Shown here in pieces: positions 53,670-64,000 of a stretch of 64,000 bases of DNA (position 1 is its first letter; every line of letters begins with the position of its first letter). The notes beneath the pieces were generated by a model. The model was not told the DNA's origin. It did no database searches and saw nothing but the letters and a program-made list of their open reading frames with translations. Both the position numbers and the translations under genes were made by a program. Source of the stretch: Candidatus Krumholzibacteriales bacterium (GTDB lineage: Bacteria; Krumholzibacteriota; Krumholzibacteriia; Krumholzibacteriales; WJIX01); NCBI GenBank assembly GCA_046483305.1, contig JAWODM010000014.1:1-64000 (forward strand), given 5' to 3'.

Positions 53670-53939
53670 GTGTCGTATAAAAGAGGGATAGGATTGGTGG
53701 CCCTGGTTTTCTTCCTGGGGGTAATACTGGGAAGCGTGGTCGGAGAACTTATAGGTTTAATATTTCCGGAAGACAGTGTGATGCGGCAGCTGTTTGTTTC
53801 GGGAAGCGAATTTCACGTGGGGCCGCTTTTCTTTAATCTCATTGTATTTACCTTCACCTTTGGATTCTCGCTGAAGGTAAACCTGGTCAGCATACTCGGC
53901 ATAATAGTGGTTGCATTTATCTTAAGATTCTACTGTTAG
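53670..53939 (+). CDS. Small membrane protein, DUF4321-like
   Basis: LG.ILGS.VGELIG...NL.VFTFTFGFSLKVNL.SILG pattern. Confidence 0.75.
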   Translation: MSYKRGIGLVALVFFLGVILGSVVGELIGLIFPEDSVMRQLFVSGSEFHVGPLFFNLIVFTFTFGFSLKVNLVSILGIIVVAFILRFYC

Positions 53940-53949
53940 AGAGGTAAAA

Positions 53950-54195
53950 ATGTTTTCAGTTATGATCCGGTTCTGCAGCTCCCCCGGTTTTCTGGTTATA
54001 GGGATTCCGGGATGGGGAGAATTGCTGCTGGTATTCGCCCTGATACTTCTCTTCTTCGGTCCAAAGAGGCTTCCCAAGGTAGCCGAATCCATAGGGAAGG
54101 CGATTCAGAAGTTCAAGAAGGCTTCCAGTGACATTCAGGACGAAATAGAGTCGACCACCGACGATATCACCGAAGACGATGAAAAACAGGGTTAG
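53950..54195 (+). CDS. tatA: Twin-arginine translocase TatA/E subunit
   Basis: GWGELLLVFALILLFFGPKRLPKVAESIGKAIQKFKKA. Confidence 0.9.
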   Translation: MFSVMIRFCSSPGFLVIGIPGWGELLLVFALILLFFGPKRLPKVAESIGKAIQKFKKASSDIQDEIESTTDDITEDDEKQG

Positions 54196-54241
54196 GGATA
54201 TTATTCAGGCTGGCGGCCTTTTACTCCGAAACCGGCGAGCC

Positions 54242-56041
54242 TCATTTTATCGGCTCGTTCCTGAGGTCGACGATATCGGCCTCTTTTTTAATCTCCGCGA
54301 ACCATTCTGATATTATTTCCTGCGACTTTGCCGTTCTCAGCTGGGCCGTTATGCTGTCGCGCCTTTCGCCGAATTTCTCCATATCCGGCTCTGTTTTTTC
54401 AGTGGCCACTATAATAAGGAACCTGTCTTCGTCCCGGATCGGACTGCTGATGCTCTTGGGAGGGAGCATATGGGCCGCTTTTACGAAGATAGAGTTTGCG
54501 GGGAACCCGTCGGCCGGTTCGTTTTCCCTGAAGAATCCGGTGGTGTTCATTGTCAGATTGTGTTTCTCCGCCGCTTCCCGCAGGCTTGACGTGAATGACT
54601 GTTTCCTTATGTCCAGTGCGATCTTCCTGGCCTTTTCCATCGCCCTCTCTTCCCTGACCTCACGGGCCAGAACATCTTTTACCTCATCAAACTCCCTGGT
54701 ACGTTCCGGAATTATCCTGGATATCTTTACGAAATAGACAATATCGTCTACCTGCATGGCAGAGCTTACATCGCCCCTGTCATACTTAAATGCAAAGTCC
54801 GCAATGGAGGGGGCCAGCCCTATACCGCCGATAATACCGCTTTCGGCGAACGGTTCCGATTCGCCGATCTCAAGATTCATGCTCTCGGCTGCTTGTTCAA
54901 ATCCATCCGATTCGATTCTTTCCATGAGGTTTCTTACAAAGGTCCGGATCGAATCCTGGGTTTCGTATCCGGGAGTTACCTTCATCAGTATATGGCTGGC
55001 GTTGATCCGCTGGTCCTCTTTCTCCAGAACCTTGATAAGTTGATACCCCTTATCGGTTTCAACCGGAGCGCTCAATTCTCCGGGGTTGAGCGAGAAAGCC
55101 GTCTCTTCTATCTCTTCCGGCATTTCGCCTCTGGAGAAGAACCCCAGATTTCCACCCTTTTCTGAGGTCATTTTATCCTCTGAATATATTCTGGCCGCTT
55201 CCTCAAAATCCGTCTTGCCATTCAGAATCTCGCGCCTGACCTCAAGAAGGCTCTGTTTTACCTCCCGGAAATCCCGGGGAGTGGGTTTGTAATCTATCTT
55301 TACGTATTTTATGACTCGTTTCTCGCTTTCCTTCAGCTCATCCTCCATCTCCCTGTATTTCGCCCTCATCTCCTCTTCGGTGGGCTGGTAGGGTGGATCT
55401 TCCTTTTCAGCGGGTACTACAACATAATTGCACTTCACCTCTACCTGCGAATCCTTGAATTTCTCCATTACCTCTCTCTCCGGTATGGTGAGTTTAGCGG
55501 CCAGCATCGACTCGAGCTTATATCTGGGAAGTTCGGCCCGGGCCCAGTTCTCCAGCTGCCGCCAGTCCCTGTTAGGATCCGATAGCGCGTCCAGGTACTG
55601 CTGGTAGTCGAAATTGCCCTGTTCGTCGGTAAAAATTTCCTGGAGCGAGGGATGGGGATTCTTTCTGATAAAGTCCACCAGTTCCATGGAAGTTGCGGTA
55701 ATCCCCAGTTCCTCTATTTTCTGCTGAGTAAGCACATTATTGACGGTCATCTCCCATGCCTGCTGCTCCAGCCTGTGCCTTTCCAGGATACCGGGGCTGT
55801 AATCCTCTCCGCGGTAGTTGCTGAGCTGGGAGTAGAGCTGGCTGAGGTTCCTGCTGTAGGCCTCGGCCGGTATCTCAACGCCGTTTACGATACCCACAAT
55901 ATTATTTCTCTCGTCGCGGGAACCGGATGACCCTCCCCCTCCGAGGTAATTGGCTCCCCATGCGGCGAAAATTGTTACAACGAAGGCTACAATCACGATC
56001 CACAGAATTACTTTTGTCCTGCTCCTGAGCGCTTTAAGCAT
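54242..56041 (-). CDS. PpiD/SurA-like membrane-anchored peptidyl-prolyl isomerase chaperone
   Basis: MLKALR...N-terminal TM helix, SurA-N domain, parvulin motifs FEEAARIYSED, GGNLGFF and GELSAPVET. Confidence 0.9.
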   Translation of the reverse strand: MLKALRSRTKVILWIVIVAFVVTIFAAWGANYLGGGGSSGSRDERNNIVGIVNGVEIPAEAYSRNLSQLYSQLSNYRGEDYSPGILERHRLEQQAWEMTVNNVLTQQKIEELGITATSMELVDFIRKNPHPSLQEIFTDEQGNFDYQQYLDALSDPNRDWRQLENWARAELPRYKLESMLAAKLTIPEREVMEKFKDSQVEVKCNYVVVPAEKEDPPYQPTEEEMRAKYREMEDELKESEKRVIKYVKIDYKPTPRDFREVKQSLLEVRREILNGKTDFEEAARIYSEDKMTSEKGGNLGFFSRGEMPEEIEETAFSLNPGELSAPVETDKGYQLIKVLEKEDQRINASHILMKVTPGYETQDSIRTFVRNLMERIESDGFEQAAESMNLEIGESEPFAESGIIGGIGLAPSIADFAFKYDRGDVSSAMQVDDIVYFVKISRIIPERTREFDEVKDVLAREVREERAMEKARKIALDIRKQSFTSSLREAAEKHNLTMNTTGFFRENEPADGFPANSIFVKAAHMLPPKSISSPIRDEDRFLIIVATEKTEPDMEKFGERRDSITAQLRTAKSQEIISEWFAEIKKEADIVDLRNEPIK

Positions 56042-56190
56042 GATATTGTTTTCCTCATTTCCGAATTAACTGTTTCCTGTCTATTTAGATTATTTAAAAT
56101 TAGCAAATAATAACAGGTTGTGCAAATTTTTTAAGAGTGTTTGACAATTTAATATCTGAGGTGATAATTTTCCTGATAATGAGTAGATTT

Positions 56191-58404
56191 ATGAATAAGT
56201 TTATTTTCCTTTTTCTGGTTCTTTCGGTCTCTGAGTCAGCCGGCGCTCAGAGTTATCTGTGGCCCATGCAGGGCAACAGGAAGCTCAGCTCCACTTTTCT
56301 GGAATTCAGGGAGGGCCACTTCCACGCCGGAATTGATATCCGGTCATTCGGAGAGCTCGGCCTACCCTGCTTTGCTGTCAGGGATGGATATGTGGAGAGG
56401 GTGAAGGTTCAGCCCTACGGATACGGCAAAGCGTTATATTTGAGACTCGATGACGGCAATGTTGCGGTTTACGCTCATCTTTACGGATTCAGCGCCGGGA
56501 TCGATTCGCTGGTATACTGGAGAAGAATGGCGGCTGACAACTCCTGGTGCGATATCCACCTGCCCGAGGGTAAGTACCGCTTTGGGAAGGGAGAAATATT
56601 GGCCTACACCGGCCAGACCGGAACCAAAGCTCCGCATCTTCATTTCGAGCTGAGAGACAGGAGGGGCAGGCCATTCAATCCCCTGATAGAGACCTACTCG
56701 GTTCCGGATAATATCCCGCCGGTAATCTCATCGCTGGAAGTCGCGCCGCTCTCACCCGGAAGCATGGTTAACGGGCGGCTGGTCCGGTCTGTGTTTCCTT
56801 TTGAGAGGAGGGCGGGCGGCATATACCAGCTTGGAGACACCCTCCAGCTTTCCGGCGTGTTCGGATTCGGGCTTTCCGCGTGGGATCGCCAGGCTGGAGG
56901 AGTTTACAGGATGGAGCCTTTCTCCATGGAGCTTCTGGTGGACGGGGATACCCTTTACCGCCTGGAGAACAGATCTTTTTCATACTATCAGAGCGGCGGC
57001 GTGAAATTTGAATTCAACGATTACGGCTCCGGATGGAACGGGAGGTTCAAGAATCTTTACCGGAAACAGGGAAACTCGCTCCCGGACCGCTCAGGGCCCG
57101 GAGTTGTTTCCGGAGCCGGTGCGTCCGGCGAAGGTATCAGGTTGGATAACAGTCTTCACCGGGCTGACATAAGGGCACGTGATATCTCAGGGAATATCTC
57201 AAGGGCATATTTCTATTTCCGTATTCACAGATACCCCGAAATCAGGAGTGTCAGGAAGCTTGTGAATTCGGATGAGGTTATAATCTCATCCTCTGATCCG
57301 GACGGGGGAAAGGTCAGGGAAGAATTGTTTGAATCCCCGGACGGGGGCTTTACCTGGAAAGCGCTTGAAGTTGAAAGTATAGGCAGTTATGCCCGGGCGG
57401 CGGTTACTTCCCATCCTTACCCCGCTTATAAATATGAGATTATCGACGATGAAGGGATGAAATTGAGCGGCACCTTCGCCCCGGTGTTCGAAAGGCCGGG
57501 AGAGGATATGGTTTTCAGTGACTGCTCCCTGATTCTGGCGGCCGGCTCGGTGATACTGGACGTAAGGGCCGACAGGATCCTGTCCTCCCCTCCATCGGTA
57601 GATGCTTATCCGGGTATACTCCCGGAAGAGGTTATCCAGACCGGGGAAAAAAGCTACAGCGCCAGGTTCCACAACGGTTCGCTGCCCGATGGCGAGAACC
57701 TCTTCAGAGTGCGTGGTTCAGACTACAGAGGATTCAGTTTTGAGGACTTTCTTGCGGCCGGAATATTCTTTTTCCGTTCGGGAAGGGAGCTGGTCTGGCC
57801 GGCAGCGGACACTCTCAGTCTGAGATTCTCGTCCCCCTCTGTCAGCGGCACCGCCCCCTGCGTAATCAGCCCCTCCAACGCGGCGGTCAGAACCGACAGT
57901 TCAAGGATTCCCGTTATATCGCCCTTCAGGCTGGATTTTCAGGAAGGGGCCTTCCTGAAACCACTGGTCCTGTTCTCCGATGCCGGCGGAAGGATAGGGT
58001 TGTATAAATATGATAAGGATGGCTCTTCCTGGAGCTGTCTGGGGCCGGCCGCGGCTGAGGGCGGCATAACTATAAACAGGGCAGGGGTATACGCCCTATT
58101 CAGGGATGGCCTCCCGCCCAGGATAGGTAAAGTCGGTATCAGCGAAAAGCCGGCTGGAAGCGGTTTTTTCAAGAATTACTGCTATTCCATCCCGGTAGTG
58201 GACGACGGGAGCGGTATCGATCCGTATTCAGCGGAGGTCTACTGGAACCACAGGTGGGTGGTAAGCGTCTGGGATGATATCCGGGGGCGGCTTTTCATAC
58301 CGGTACCCTCCTCGGTCACGGACAGAGAAGTCTCTCTGAAGGTGGGGATAAGCGATAAAATAGGAAACAGGTCTGTTGAAAATTTCAGTTTTGTGATAAA
58401 ATGA
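56191..58404 (+). CDS. Exported M23-family metallopeptidase domain protein
   Basis: Signal peptide. FLEFREGHFHAGID, GYGKAL, YAHL, TGQTG..APHLHFE, then Ig-like extensions. Start uncertain (56137, 56179 or 56191). Confidence 0.88.
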   Translation: MNKFIFLFLVLSVSESAGAQSYLWPMQGNRKLSSTFLEFREGHFHAGIDIRSFGELGLPCFAVRDGYVERVKVQPYGYGKALYLRLDDGNVAVYAHLYGFSAGIDSLVYWRRMAADNSWCDIHLPEGKYRFGKGEILAYTGQTGTKAPHLHFELRDRRGRPFNPLIETYSVPDNIPPVISSLEVAPLSPGSMVNGRLVRSVFPFERRAGGIYQLGDTLQLSGVFGFGLSAWDRQAGGVYRMEPFSMELLVDGDTLYRLENRSFSYYQSGGVKFEFNDYGSGWNGRFKNLYRKQGNSLPDRSGPGVVSGAGASGEGIRLDNSLHRADIRARDISGNISRAYFYFRIHRYPEIRSVRKLVNSDEVIISSSDPDGGKVREELFESPDGGFTWKALEVESIGSYARAAVTSHPYPAYKYEIIDDEGMKLSGTFAPVFERPGEDMVFSDCSLILAAGSVILDVRADRILSSPPSVDAYPGILPEEVIQTGEKSYSARFHNGSLPDGENLFRVRGSDYRGFSFEDFLAAGIFFFRSGRELVWPAADTLSLRFSSPSVSGTAPCVISPSNAAVRTDSSRIPVISPFRLDFQEGAFLKPLVLFSDAGGRIGLYKYDKDGSSWSCLGPAAAEGGITINRAGVYALFRDGLPPRIGKVGISEKPAGSGFFKNYCYSIPVVDDGSGIDPYSAEVYWNHRWVVSVWDDIRGRLFIPVPSSVTDREVSLKVGISDKIGNRSVENFSFVIK

Positions 58405-58431
58405 TTTTCCATTGAGAAGGAGTCGGCCGGG

Positions 58432-61400
58432 ATGAGCAGAACTGGATTTGTACATTTACATAATCATTCAGAATACAGTCTCCTGGATGGAGCTTTCCGC
58501 ATAGAAGATATCGTATCCAGAGCCAGGAAGATGGGTATGGAATCGGTTGCCCTTACCGATCACGGTAATATGTTCGGCGTGGTGCCCTTTTACCGTGAGG
58601 CGGTAAAGCAGGGCATAAAACCTATCATCGGCATGGAAACCTACCTGGCCAGAGACGGTATCGATTCAAGAGGGACCGGGTCCCAGTCCAGGAACGATCA
58701 CCTGGTTCTACTGGTAAAAAACGACGAGGGATACAGAAATCTGATAAGGCTGTCATCAATAGCTTATACCGAGGGTTTTTATTACAAGCCCCGGATCGAC
58801 CTTGATCTTCTGGAAAAGTATTCCGGGGGATTGGTTGGCATGAGCGCCTGCCTGAAAGGGACCATACCGCAGCTTCTGCTGGAGAGCAGGAGGAAGGAAG
58901 CGGACTACTTCGCCAGGAAGATCGCCTCCGTCTTCGCAGAGGGTGATTTTTACATAGAGCTTCAGAATCACGGTATCGATGAAGAGTTGAAGGTCATCCC
59001 CGAATTGACTGATCTGGCGCAGCGGACCGGGCTCCCCACCGTAGTTACCAATGACTGCCATTTCAGTGACGCGTCGGATCACCAGGCGCATGATGTGCTT
59101 CTCTGCCTCCAGACCAGCGGGGAGCTGGATGATGAGAACAGGAAGCTGAGATCCAACCCGGAAACCTATTTCAAGAGCCCCGGCCAGATGCGCGCTCTTT
59201 TCCCCGACCATCCGGAGGCGATCTCCAATACTCTGGATATAGCGGATAAATGCAACTTCGAAATGAAGGAAAAGGATACCCAGCTTCCGGATTTCCCGAT
59301 TCCCGACAATTTCGATTCACCGGACCGGTACCTCCGGAATGTGGTGGATCAGAACGTGAACGATGCCTACCCCGAGATTACTCCCCGGATAACAGAGAGG
59401 ATAGATTATGAACTGAGGGTTATCAGGGAGATGGGGTTCTCCGGTTATTTTCTGATAGTATGGGATATTGTTAAATCCGCCAAGAATGCCGGGATCCCGG
59501 TGGGGCCGGGGAGAGGTTCCGCCGCGGGAAGCATAATATGCTACATACTGGGGATTACCAGTATAGACCCGCTTCGGAACGGACTCCTTTTCGAGCGGTT
59601 CCTGAACCCGGAGAGAGTTTCCATGCCGGATATCGATATCGACTTCTGCGACGACCGGCGGCAGGAAGTAATCGATCACGTGGTGGAGACTTACGGGAAA
59701 GAAAATGTATGCCAGATAATAACTTTTGGGAGGATGGCGGCCAGAGCGGTAATCAGGGATGTGGGAAGAGTTCTGATGGTTCCCTTCGGAGATGTTGACA
59801 GGCTGGCAAAGATGGTCCCGCCGCAACCGGGGATAACCCTTACAGAAGCTTTAGAGAACGTGCCGGAACTCAGGGAACTTTACCGGAATGACGAAGAAAT
59901 AAAAAGATTGCTGGATCTTTCGCTCTCTCTGGAAGGTATGGCCAGGCATGCTTCTACTCATGCCGCCGGACTGGTTATAACACCGACTCCTCTGGTAAAC
60001 CATGTCCCGCTTTTCAGGTCCAACAAGGGGGAGATCACCACCCAGTACGAGATGAAGATTCTTAACAGTATCGGCCTTCTCAAGATTGATATACTGGGTC
60101 TTAAAACCCTCTCCCACATATCCAACACACTGAAGCTGGTGAAGGGGCCGAAAGAGACCGGAATGAAGCCCGATGAGATCCCCATCGAAGACGAAAAAGC
60201 TTTCAAACTGCTTCAGAAGGGTCAGACCGTAGGGATATTTCAGCTGGAGAGCGAAGGGATGCGGAATCTTCTGAGGCGGATCAGGCCGGCCGCCTTCCAG
60301 GATGTGATAGCAATAAACGCCCTCTACAGGCCGGGACCGCTGAGAAGCGGAATGGTTGACAATTTCATCGAATGCAAGCACGGAAAGAAGAAAATAACTT
60401 ATATGGATCCCCGGCTGGAACCGATCCTGAAAGAGACCTACGGGGTGATACTGTATCAGGAGCAGGTGATGCAGGTGGCCAGCGATCTGGCCGGTTTCTC
60501 CCTGGGCGAAGCGGATATATTGAGAAGGGCAATGGGCAAGAAGGACATGAAGGCGATGGGGCGGATGCGGGAGCAGTTCATGAAGGGAGCGTCCGAGAGG
60601 GGGTTGGGGAAAAAGAAGGCTGAGAAAATCTTCGACCTGATGTCCAGTTTTGCGGAATACGGTTTCAATAAATCCCACTCTGCCGCTTACGCGATGGTTT
60701 CCATGCAGACGGCATACCTGAAGGCTCATTACCCGGCCGCTTTCATGGCGGCGGCAATGACCAATGATATGGGTAATACCGACCGGCTGATGTTCCTTCT
60801 GGAAGAGTGCCACAGCCTGGGAATCGCGGTGCGCCCCCCTGACGTAAATTCCAGTCTGGTGGAATTCGGGTTGAGCGGAGGCGAGATAACATACGGGCTG
60901 GCGGCGATAAAGAATCTGGGTATACCCGCTGCCGGGGCGATTGTTGAGGCAAGGATGGATGGGCCTTTCGTGGACCTCTACGAAATGTGCGAAAGGATAA
61001 ATCTCAGAAGCATAAACCGCAGGGCGATGGAGAGTCTGATCAAGAGCGGAGCTACCGATTCGCTTCCGGGAACCAGATCTCAGAAAATAGCTACCCTTGA
61101 CGATGTCATCTCCCAGGCGCAGAAGAGGCAGAACGAGAAGGAGAGAGGGCAGACTATTTTTATTTTTAACGACGATCCCTCTTCGCCGGATATCTGCAAT
61201 CTCAAGGACGTGCCTCCCTGGGACGAAGACAAGAAACTGAAGGAGGAGAGGGAATCTCTCGGTTTTTATTTTTCTGGCCATCCCCTGGACCGGTACAGGG
61301 ATGTTCTGCGCTCGATAGTAAATACCGGCAGCGCGGACCTGGGCAGAAGGAAGAAGGGAAGAAACGTTATCATAGCCGGCCTTATTAACGGAGTAAGAGT

Positions 61401-61860
61401 AATACAGGACAAACGCGGCAACACCATGGCTTTCGTATCCATGGAGGATTTCTACGGTTCATTCGAAGCTATCGTTTTCGCCAGCTGCTACCGCAAAGCC
61501 AGAGAGGAGCTGGTAGAAGAGAACGCAGTAGTGATAAAGGGGAAAATATCAAACCGGGACAGGGGCGAAACCAAGATAATTGCGGATAACATCTATTCAA
61601 TCGACAGGGCTCTCTCAGCGCTGGCCAGAAGAGTTGTCCTGACCTTGAAATCGAACAGTTTTAACGAGAAGAGCCTGGCCTCTCTAAAGGACCTGATGTC
61701 CAGATTTCCCGGAAGAAGGGAACTCGTTTTCGACTGGCGCGAGAATGGCAATGCGCTGTTCAGGATAAAATCAGGGAACTGCAGCGTGGAACCTTCACTG
61801 GAATTTGTTGACAGAATCAGGAAAATAGATGGAGTGGAAAATGTTGAAGTTACGGTATAG
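58432..61860 (+). CDS. dnaE: DNA polymerase III alpha subunit
   Basis: PHP domain HLHNHSEYSLLDG, GPGRGSAAGS, PDIDIDF, KIDILGL, YGFNKSHS, OB fold. No intein. Confidence 0.98.
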   Translation: MSRTGFVHLHNHSEYSLLDGAFRIEDIVSRARKMGMESVALTDHGNMFGVVPFYREAVKQGIKPIIGMETYLARDGIDSRGTGSQSRNDHLVLLVKNDEGYRNLIRLSSIAYTEGFYYKPRIDLDLLEKYSGGLVGMSACLKGTIPQLLLESRRKEADYFARKIASVFAEGDFYIELQNHGIDEELKVIPELTDLAQRTGLPTVVTNDCHFSDASDHQAHDVLLCLQTSGELDDENRKLRSNPETYFKSPGQMRALFPDHPEAISNTLDIADKCNFEMKEKDTQLPDFPIPDNFDSPDRYLRNVVDQNVNDAYPEITPRITERIDYELRVIREMGFSGYFLIVWDIVKSAKNAGIPVGPGRGSAAGSIICYILGITSIDPLRNGLLFERFLNPERVSMPDIDIDFCDDRRQEVIDHVVETYGKENVCQIITFGRMAARAVIRDVGRVLMVPFGDVDRLAKMVPPQPGITLTEALENVPELRELYRNDEEIKRLLDLSLSLEGMARHASTHAAGLVITPTPLVNHVPLFRSNKGEITTQYEMKILNSIGLLKIDILGLKTLSHISNTLKLVKGPKETGMKPDEIPIEDEKAFKLLQKGQTVGIFQLESEGMRNLLRRIRPAAFQDVIAINALYRPGPLRSGMVDNFIECKHGKKKITYMDPRLEPILKETYGVILYQEQVMQVASDLAGFSLGEADILRRAMGKKDMKAMGRMREQFMKGASERGLGKKKAEKIFDLMSSFAEYGFNKSHSAAYAMVSMQTAYLKAHYPAAFMAAAMTNDMGNTDRLMFLLEECHSLGIAVRPPDVNSSLVEFGLSGGEITYGLAAIKNLGIPAAGAIVEARMDGPFVDLYEMCERINLRSINRRAMESLIKSGATDSLPGTRSQKIATLDDVISQAQKRQNEKERGQTIFIFNDDPSSPDICNLKDVPPWDEDKKLKEERESLGFYFSGHPLDRYRDVLRSIVNTGSADLGRRKKGRNVIIAGLINGVRVIQDKRGNTMAFVSMEDFYGSFEAIVFASCYRKAREELVEENAVVIKGKISNRDRGETKIIADNIYSIDRALSALARRVVLTLKSNSFNEKSLASLKDLMSRFPGRRELVFDWRENGNALFRIKSGNCSVEPSLEFVDRIRKIDGVENVEVTV

Positions 61861-62614
61861 GATACTTACGGCGGTTCTATCACTGTTCATGCTGGCTGCT
61901 GTTTCCGGCGCGGCAAACGCTCAGTTCCGGGAAGATATCAAAGTTATCGAGATACCGACGGCCGGTATTATCCCTCATAAGAGCTATATGTATTCAGGTT
62001 CGATGGGCCCTTTCAACTCCCTTCTGTTCGGATTGGATGTAGGCCTCCACGACCGCCTGATGATGGGCGGTTCTTTCGGCCTGCAGAATTTTATCGGCAG
62101 GGGGGATATAGAATATAATGAGCGGCCGGAATTCAGAATAAGACTGAGATTGCTGGAAGAGATAATAGGAGGGCCCGCTCTGGCGGTGGGAGTAAATACC
62201 CAGGGCCAGAATGAATGGTTTGAAGACCTGGAACGTTACGAGAGGAAATCGAAGGGCTTTTACGCCGTTTTCAGCAAAGGTTATAAACTCTGGAGGAGGT
62301 TTTCTCTCCATTTTGGGATAAACTATTCAATGGAGGATGAATATGAGGACGGTACCGACCTGTTCGGCGGCGTCAGCATAGAGACATTTCCGGGGATGAT
62401 GATCCTGTGCGAATACTCGGCCGCTTTCAATGATGATGATGAGGACAATCCCAACCGGATGACCAGAGGCAGGGGGTATCTTGATCTGGGAGTCCGCTTC
62501 GATTACCGGGAGAATATGAGGGTCAGGTTGAATTTCCAGGACCTGTTGGAAAATTATATACCTGAATCCGGGGTTTCCAGGTCGGTGGAAATTTCTTATA
62601 TTAATTTTTTCTGA
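61841..62614 (+). CDS. Exported protein, probable outer-membrane beta-barrel (YjbH-like)
   Basis: Signal peptide ANA-Q, IEIPTAGI N-terminal motif, PALAVG, FYAVFSK, C-terminal Phe. Confidence 0.65.
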   Translation: MLKLRYRILTAVLSLFMLAAVSGAANAQFREDIKVIEIPTAGIIPHKSYMYSGSMGPFNSLLFGLDVGLHDRLMMGGSFGLQNFIGRGDIEYNERPEFRIRLRLLEEIIGGPALAVGVNTQGQNEWFEDLERYERKSKGFYAVFSKGYKLWRRFSLHFGINYSMEDEYEDGTDLFGGVSIETFPGMMILCEYSAAFNDDDEDNPNRMTRGRGYLDLGVRFDYRENMRVRLNFQDLLENYIPESGVSRSVEISYINFF

Positions 62615-62626
62615 AGGGTGAGGAGT

Positions 62627-63583
62627 ATGACAGTCGGGAAAAAGAGAAGACTTGATTTTGAGGACCCGGTGTACGAACTGGAGGAGAAGATCGAAGCGGG
62701 AAAGCAGAGGGGGCTGGAACCGGAGTCCGCCGAAATGAAAAAACTGAGGGAGAGGCTGGAGGAGCTCGAAGCCAGAGTATACAGCGGGCTTTCCCCCTGG
62801 GAGGAGGTTCAGCTGGCAAGGCATCCCGACCGGCCCACCGCTGTTCAGTATATGAATGAAATTTTCGATGAATTCCTTGAATTTCATGGCGACAGGTATT
62901 TCGGTGATGACCCGGCGGTGGTTGGGGGGCTGGTTTCCCTGAACGGAAGAAGGATGGCGGTGGTAGGGCATGAAAAGGGGAGAAATACCAGGGACAGGCT
63001 CAAGCGCAATTTCGGAATGGCATCCCCGGAGGGTTTCAGGAAGTCGCTCAGACTGATGAGGCTGGCCGAAAAATTCGGGCTTCCGATTATCTCTTTCGTG
63101 GATACTCCGGGCGCTTATCCGGGGGTAGGGGCCGAGGAGAGGGGCCAGTCGGCGGCTATTGCTTCGAATCTCAAGAACCTGTTTGATATATCGGTGCCGA
63201 TTATAGTAATAATTATCGGCGAAGGCGGGAGTGGGGGTGCTCTCGCTCTGGCTGTGGGGGACATAGTCCTGATGATGGAGCATGCGGTGTACTCGGTAAT
63301 TTCTCCGGAAGGATGCGCCGCGATACTTTACAAGAACAAGGAAAAGGCGCCGGAGGCCGCGGCTTCGCTGAAGCTGACCTCGGCCAACTGCCTGAAGCTG
63401 GAAGTCATAGACGAGGTCATCAGCGAGTGCCATGGAGCCGCCCACCGGGACCTCCAGGGCAACGCCCGGAAGATAAAGGGGCTGATTATGCAGAAACTGG
63501 CGGAGCTGGACGGGGTGCCGGGTGATACCCTGCTGAAGAAGAGAGTGGATAAGTTCAGCAGAATAGGTATTTTTAACGGCTGA
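62627..63583 (+). CDS. accA: Acetyl-CoA carboxylase carboxyltransferase alpha subunit
   Basis: LDFE, ARHPDRP, HGDR, NFGM..PEGFRK, VDTPGAYPG, GEGGSGGALA, YSVISPEGCA. Confidence 0.97.
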   Translation: MTVGKKRRLDFEDPVYELEEKIEAGKQRGLEPESAEMKKLRERLEELEARVYSGLSPWEEVQLARHPDRPTAVQYMNEIFDEFLEFHGDRYFGDDPAVVGGLVSLNGRRMAVVGHEKGRNTRDRLKRNFGMASPEGFRKSLRLMRLAEKFGLPIISFVDTPGAYPGVGAEERGQSAAIASNLKNLFDISVPIIVIIIGEGGSGGALALAVGDIVLMMEHAVYSVISPEGCAAILYKNKEKAPEAAASLKLTSANCLKLEVIDEVISECHGAAHRDLQGNARKIKGLIMQKLAELDGVPGDTLLKKRVDKFSRIGIFNG

Positions 63584-63769
63584 AACGGATCAGTATAATT
63601 ACTGAAAAAAGACCTTTGGAAATATTGGCACTTGACCTCGGTATATCTGATGTTCTATAATATATATGTCAGCAATAAAATTAATAATTTACTTGAATTG
63701 AAACCCCTGAGTTTATGACCTGTGTCTGAATCAGGGTTTTATTATATTGAACCTGCAGAGGTTTTGAGA

Positions 63770-63940
63770 ATGACTGTGAGTAATGAGCTGCTGAGCATTC
63801 TGGCCTGCCCCAGATGTAAACAGGGGGTAAGGCTTGACAGCACGGAAGAATATATCATTTGCGACGGGTGCGGGCTTAAATATCCGGTAGAAGAGGATAT
63901 TCCCGTTATGCTGCTGGAAAGAGCAGAAAAAATCGATTAG
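63770..63940 (+). CDS. Trm112/YcaR-family protein
   Basis: LLSILACPRCK...ICDGCGLKYPVEEDIPVML. Confidence 0.9.
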   Translation: MTVSNELLSILACPRCKQGVRLDSTEEYIICDGCGLKYPVEEDIPVMLLERAEKID

Positions 63941-63961
63941 ACTGAAAGAAGGGTAGTTCCC

Positions 63962-64000
63962 GTGACCGTATTCACCCATTTTTCTGCCGGGGCCCTGCTT
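63962..64000 (+). CDS. Possible start of the next CDS (truncated by the window end)
   Basis: GTG after purine-rich GAAGGG reads (M)TVFTHFSAGALL. Too short to assign. Confidence 0.3.
   Translation, partial: MTVFTHFSAGALL

Noticed and set aside
59851..63445. 476-aa and 372-aa minus-strand ORFs; possible intein in dnaE
   Set aside because: The ORFs are antisense to dnaE and accA. DnaE is normal length with contiguous motifs.

Overview
Bacterial chromosomal window from a diderm, probably anaerobic organism. The FlgD-Ig/T9SS-like C-terminal domain, C25 peptidase and Ig-like lipoproteins suggest an FCB-group candidate lineage such as Krumholzibacteriota or Latescibacterota; this is inference and the full 16S here can settle it. 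Left to right: (1) the 5' part of an integron integrase missed by the ORF track, directly behind a complete minus-strand rRNA operon (16S, tRNA-Ile, tRNA-Ala, 23S, 5S); (2) PBP1A, deoC, alr, a YhaM-like HD protein and lipoproteins; (3) a sigma54 two-component module with its predicted target promoter and two uncharacterised envelope genes; (4) an acyl-CoA dehydrogenase/ETF/membrane Fe-S oxidoreductase operon; (5) a 1666-aa gingipain-like C25 peptidase, a GT4 and clpB with a sigma54-like promoter; (6) an M10-like metalloprotease lipoprotein and a three-gene operon led by a ParA ATPase fused to a glycogen-binding CBM48/AMPK-beta-like domain; (7) a complete IS1380-family element with a frameshifted transposase, inserted just upstream of a NamZ-MurU-AmgK-like peptidoglycan salvage operon; (8) a 150-bp MITE-like palindromic element; (9) a dNK-panB-panC-truncated glmU-HIT operon, tatA, a PpiD/SurA-like gene, an M23 peptidase, dnaE, accA and Trm112. 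The best candidate for an undescribed system is the ParA-CBM48 operon, followed by the sigma54-controlled envelope module. All calls come from reading motifs by eye; no searches were run.
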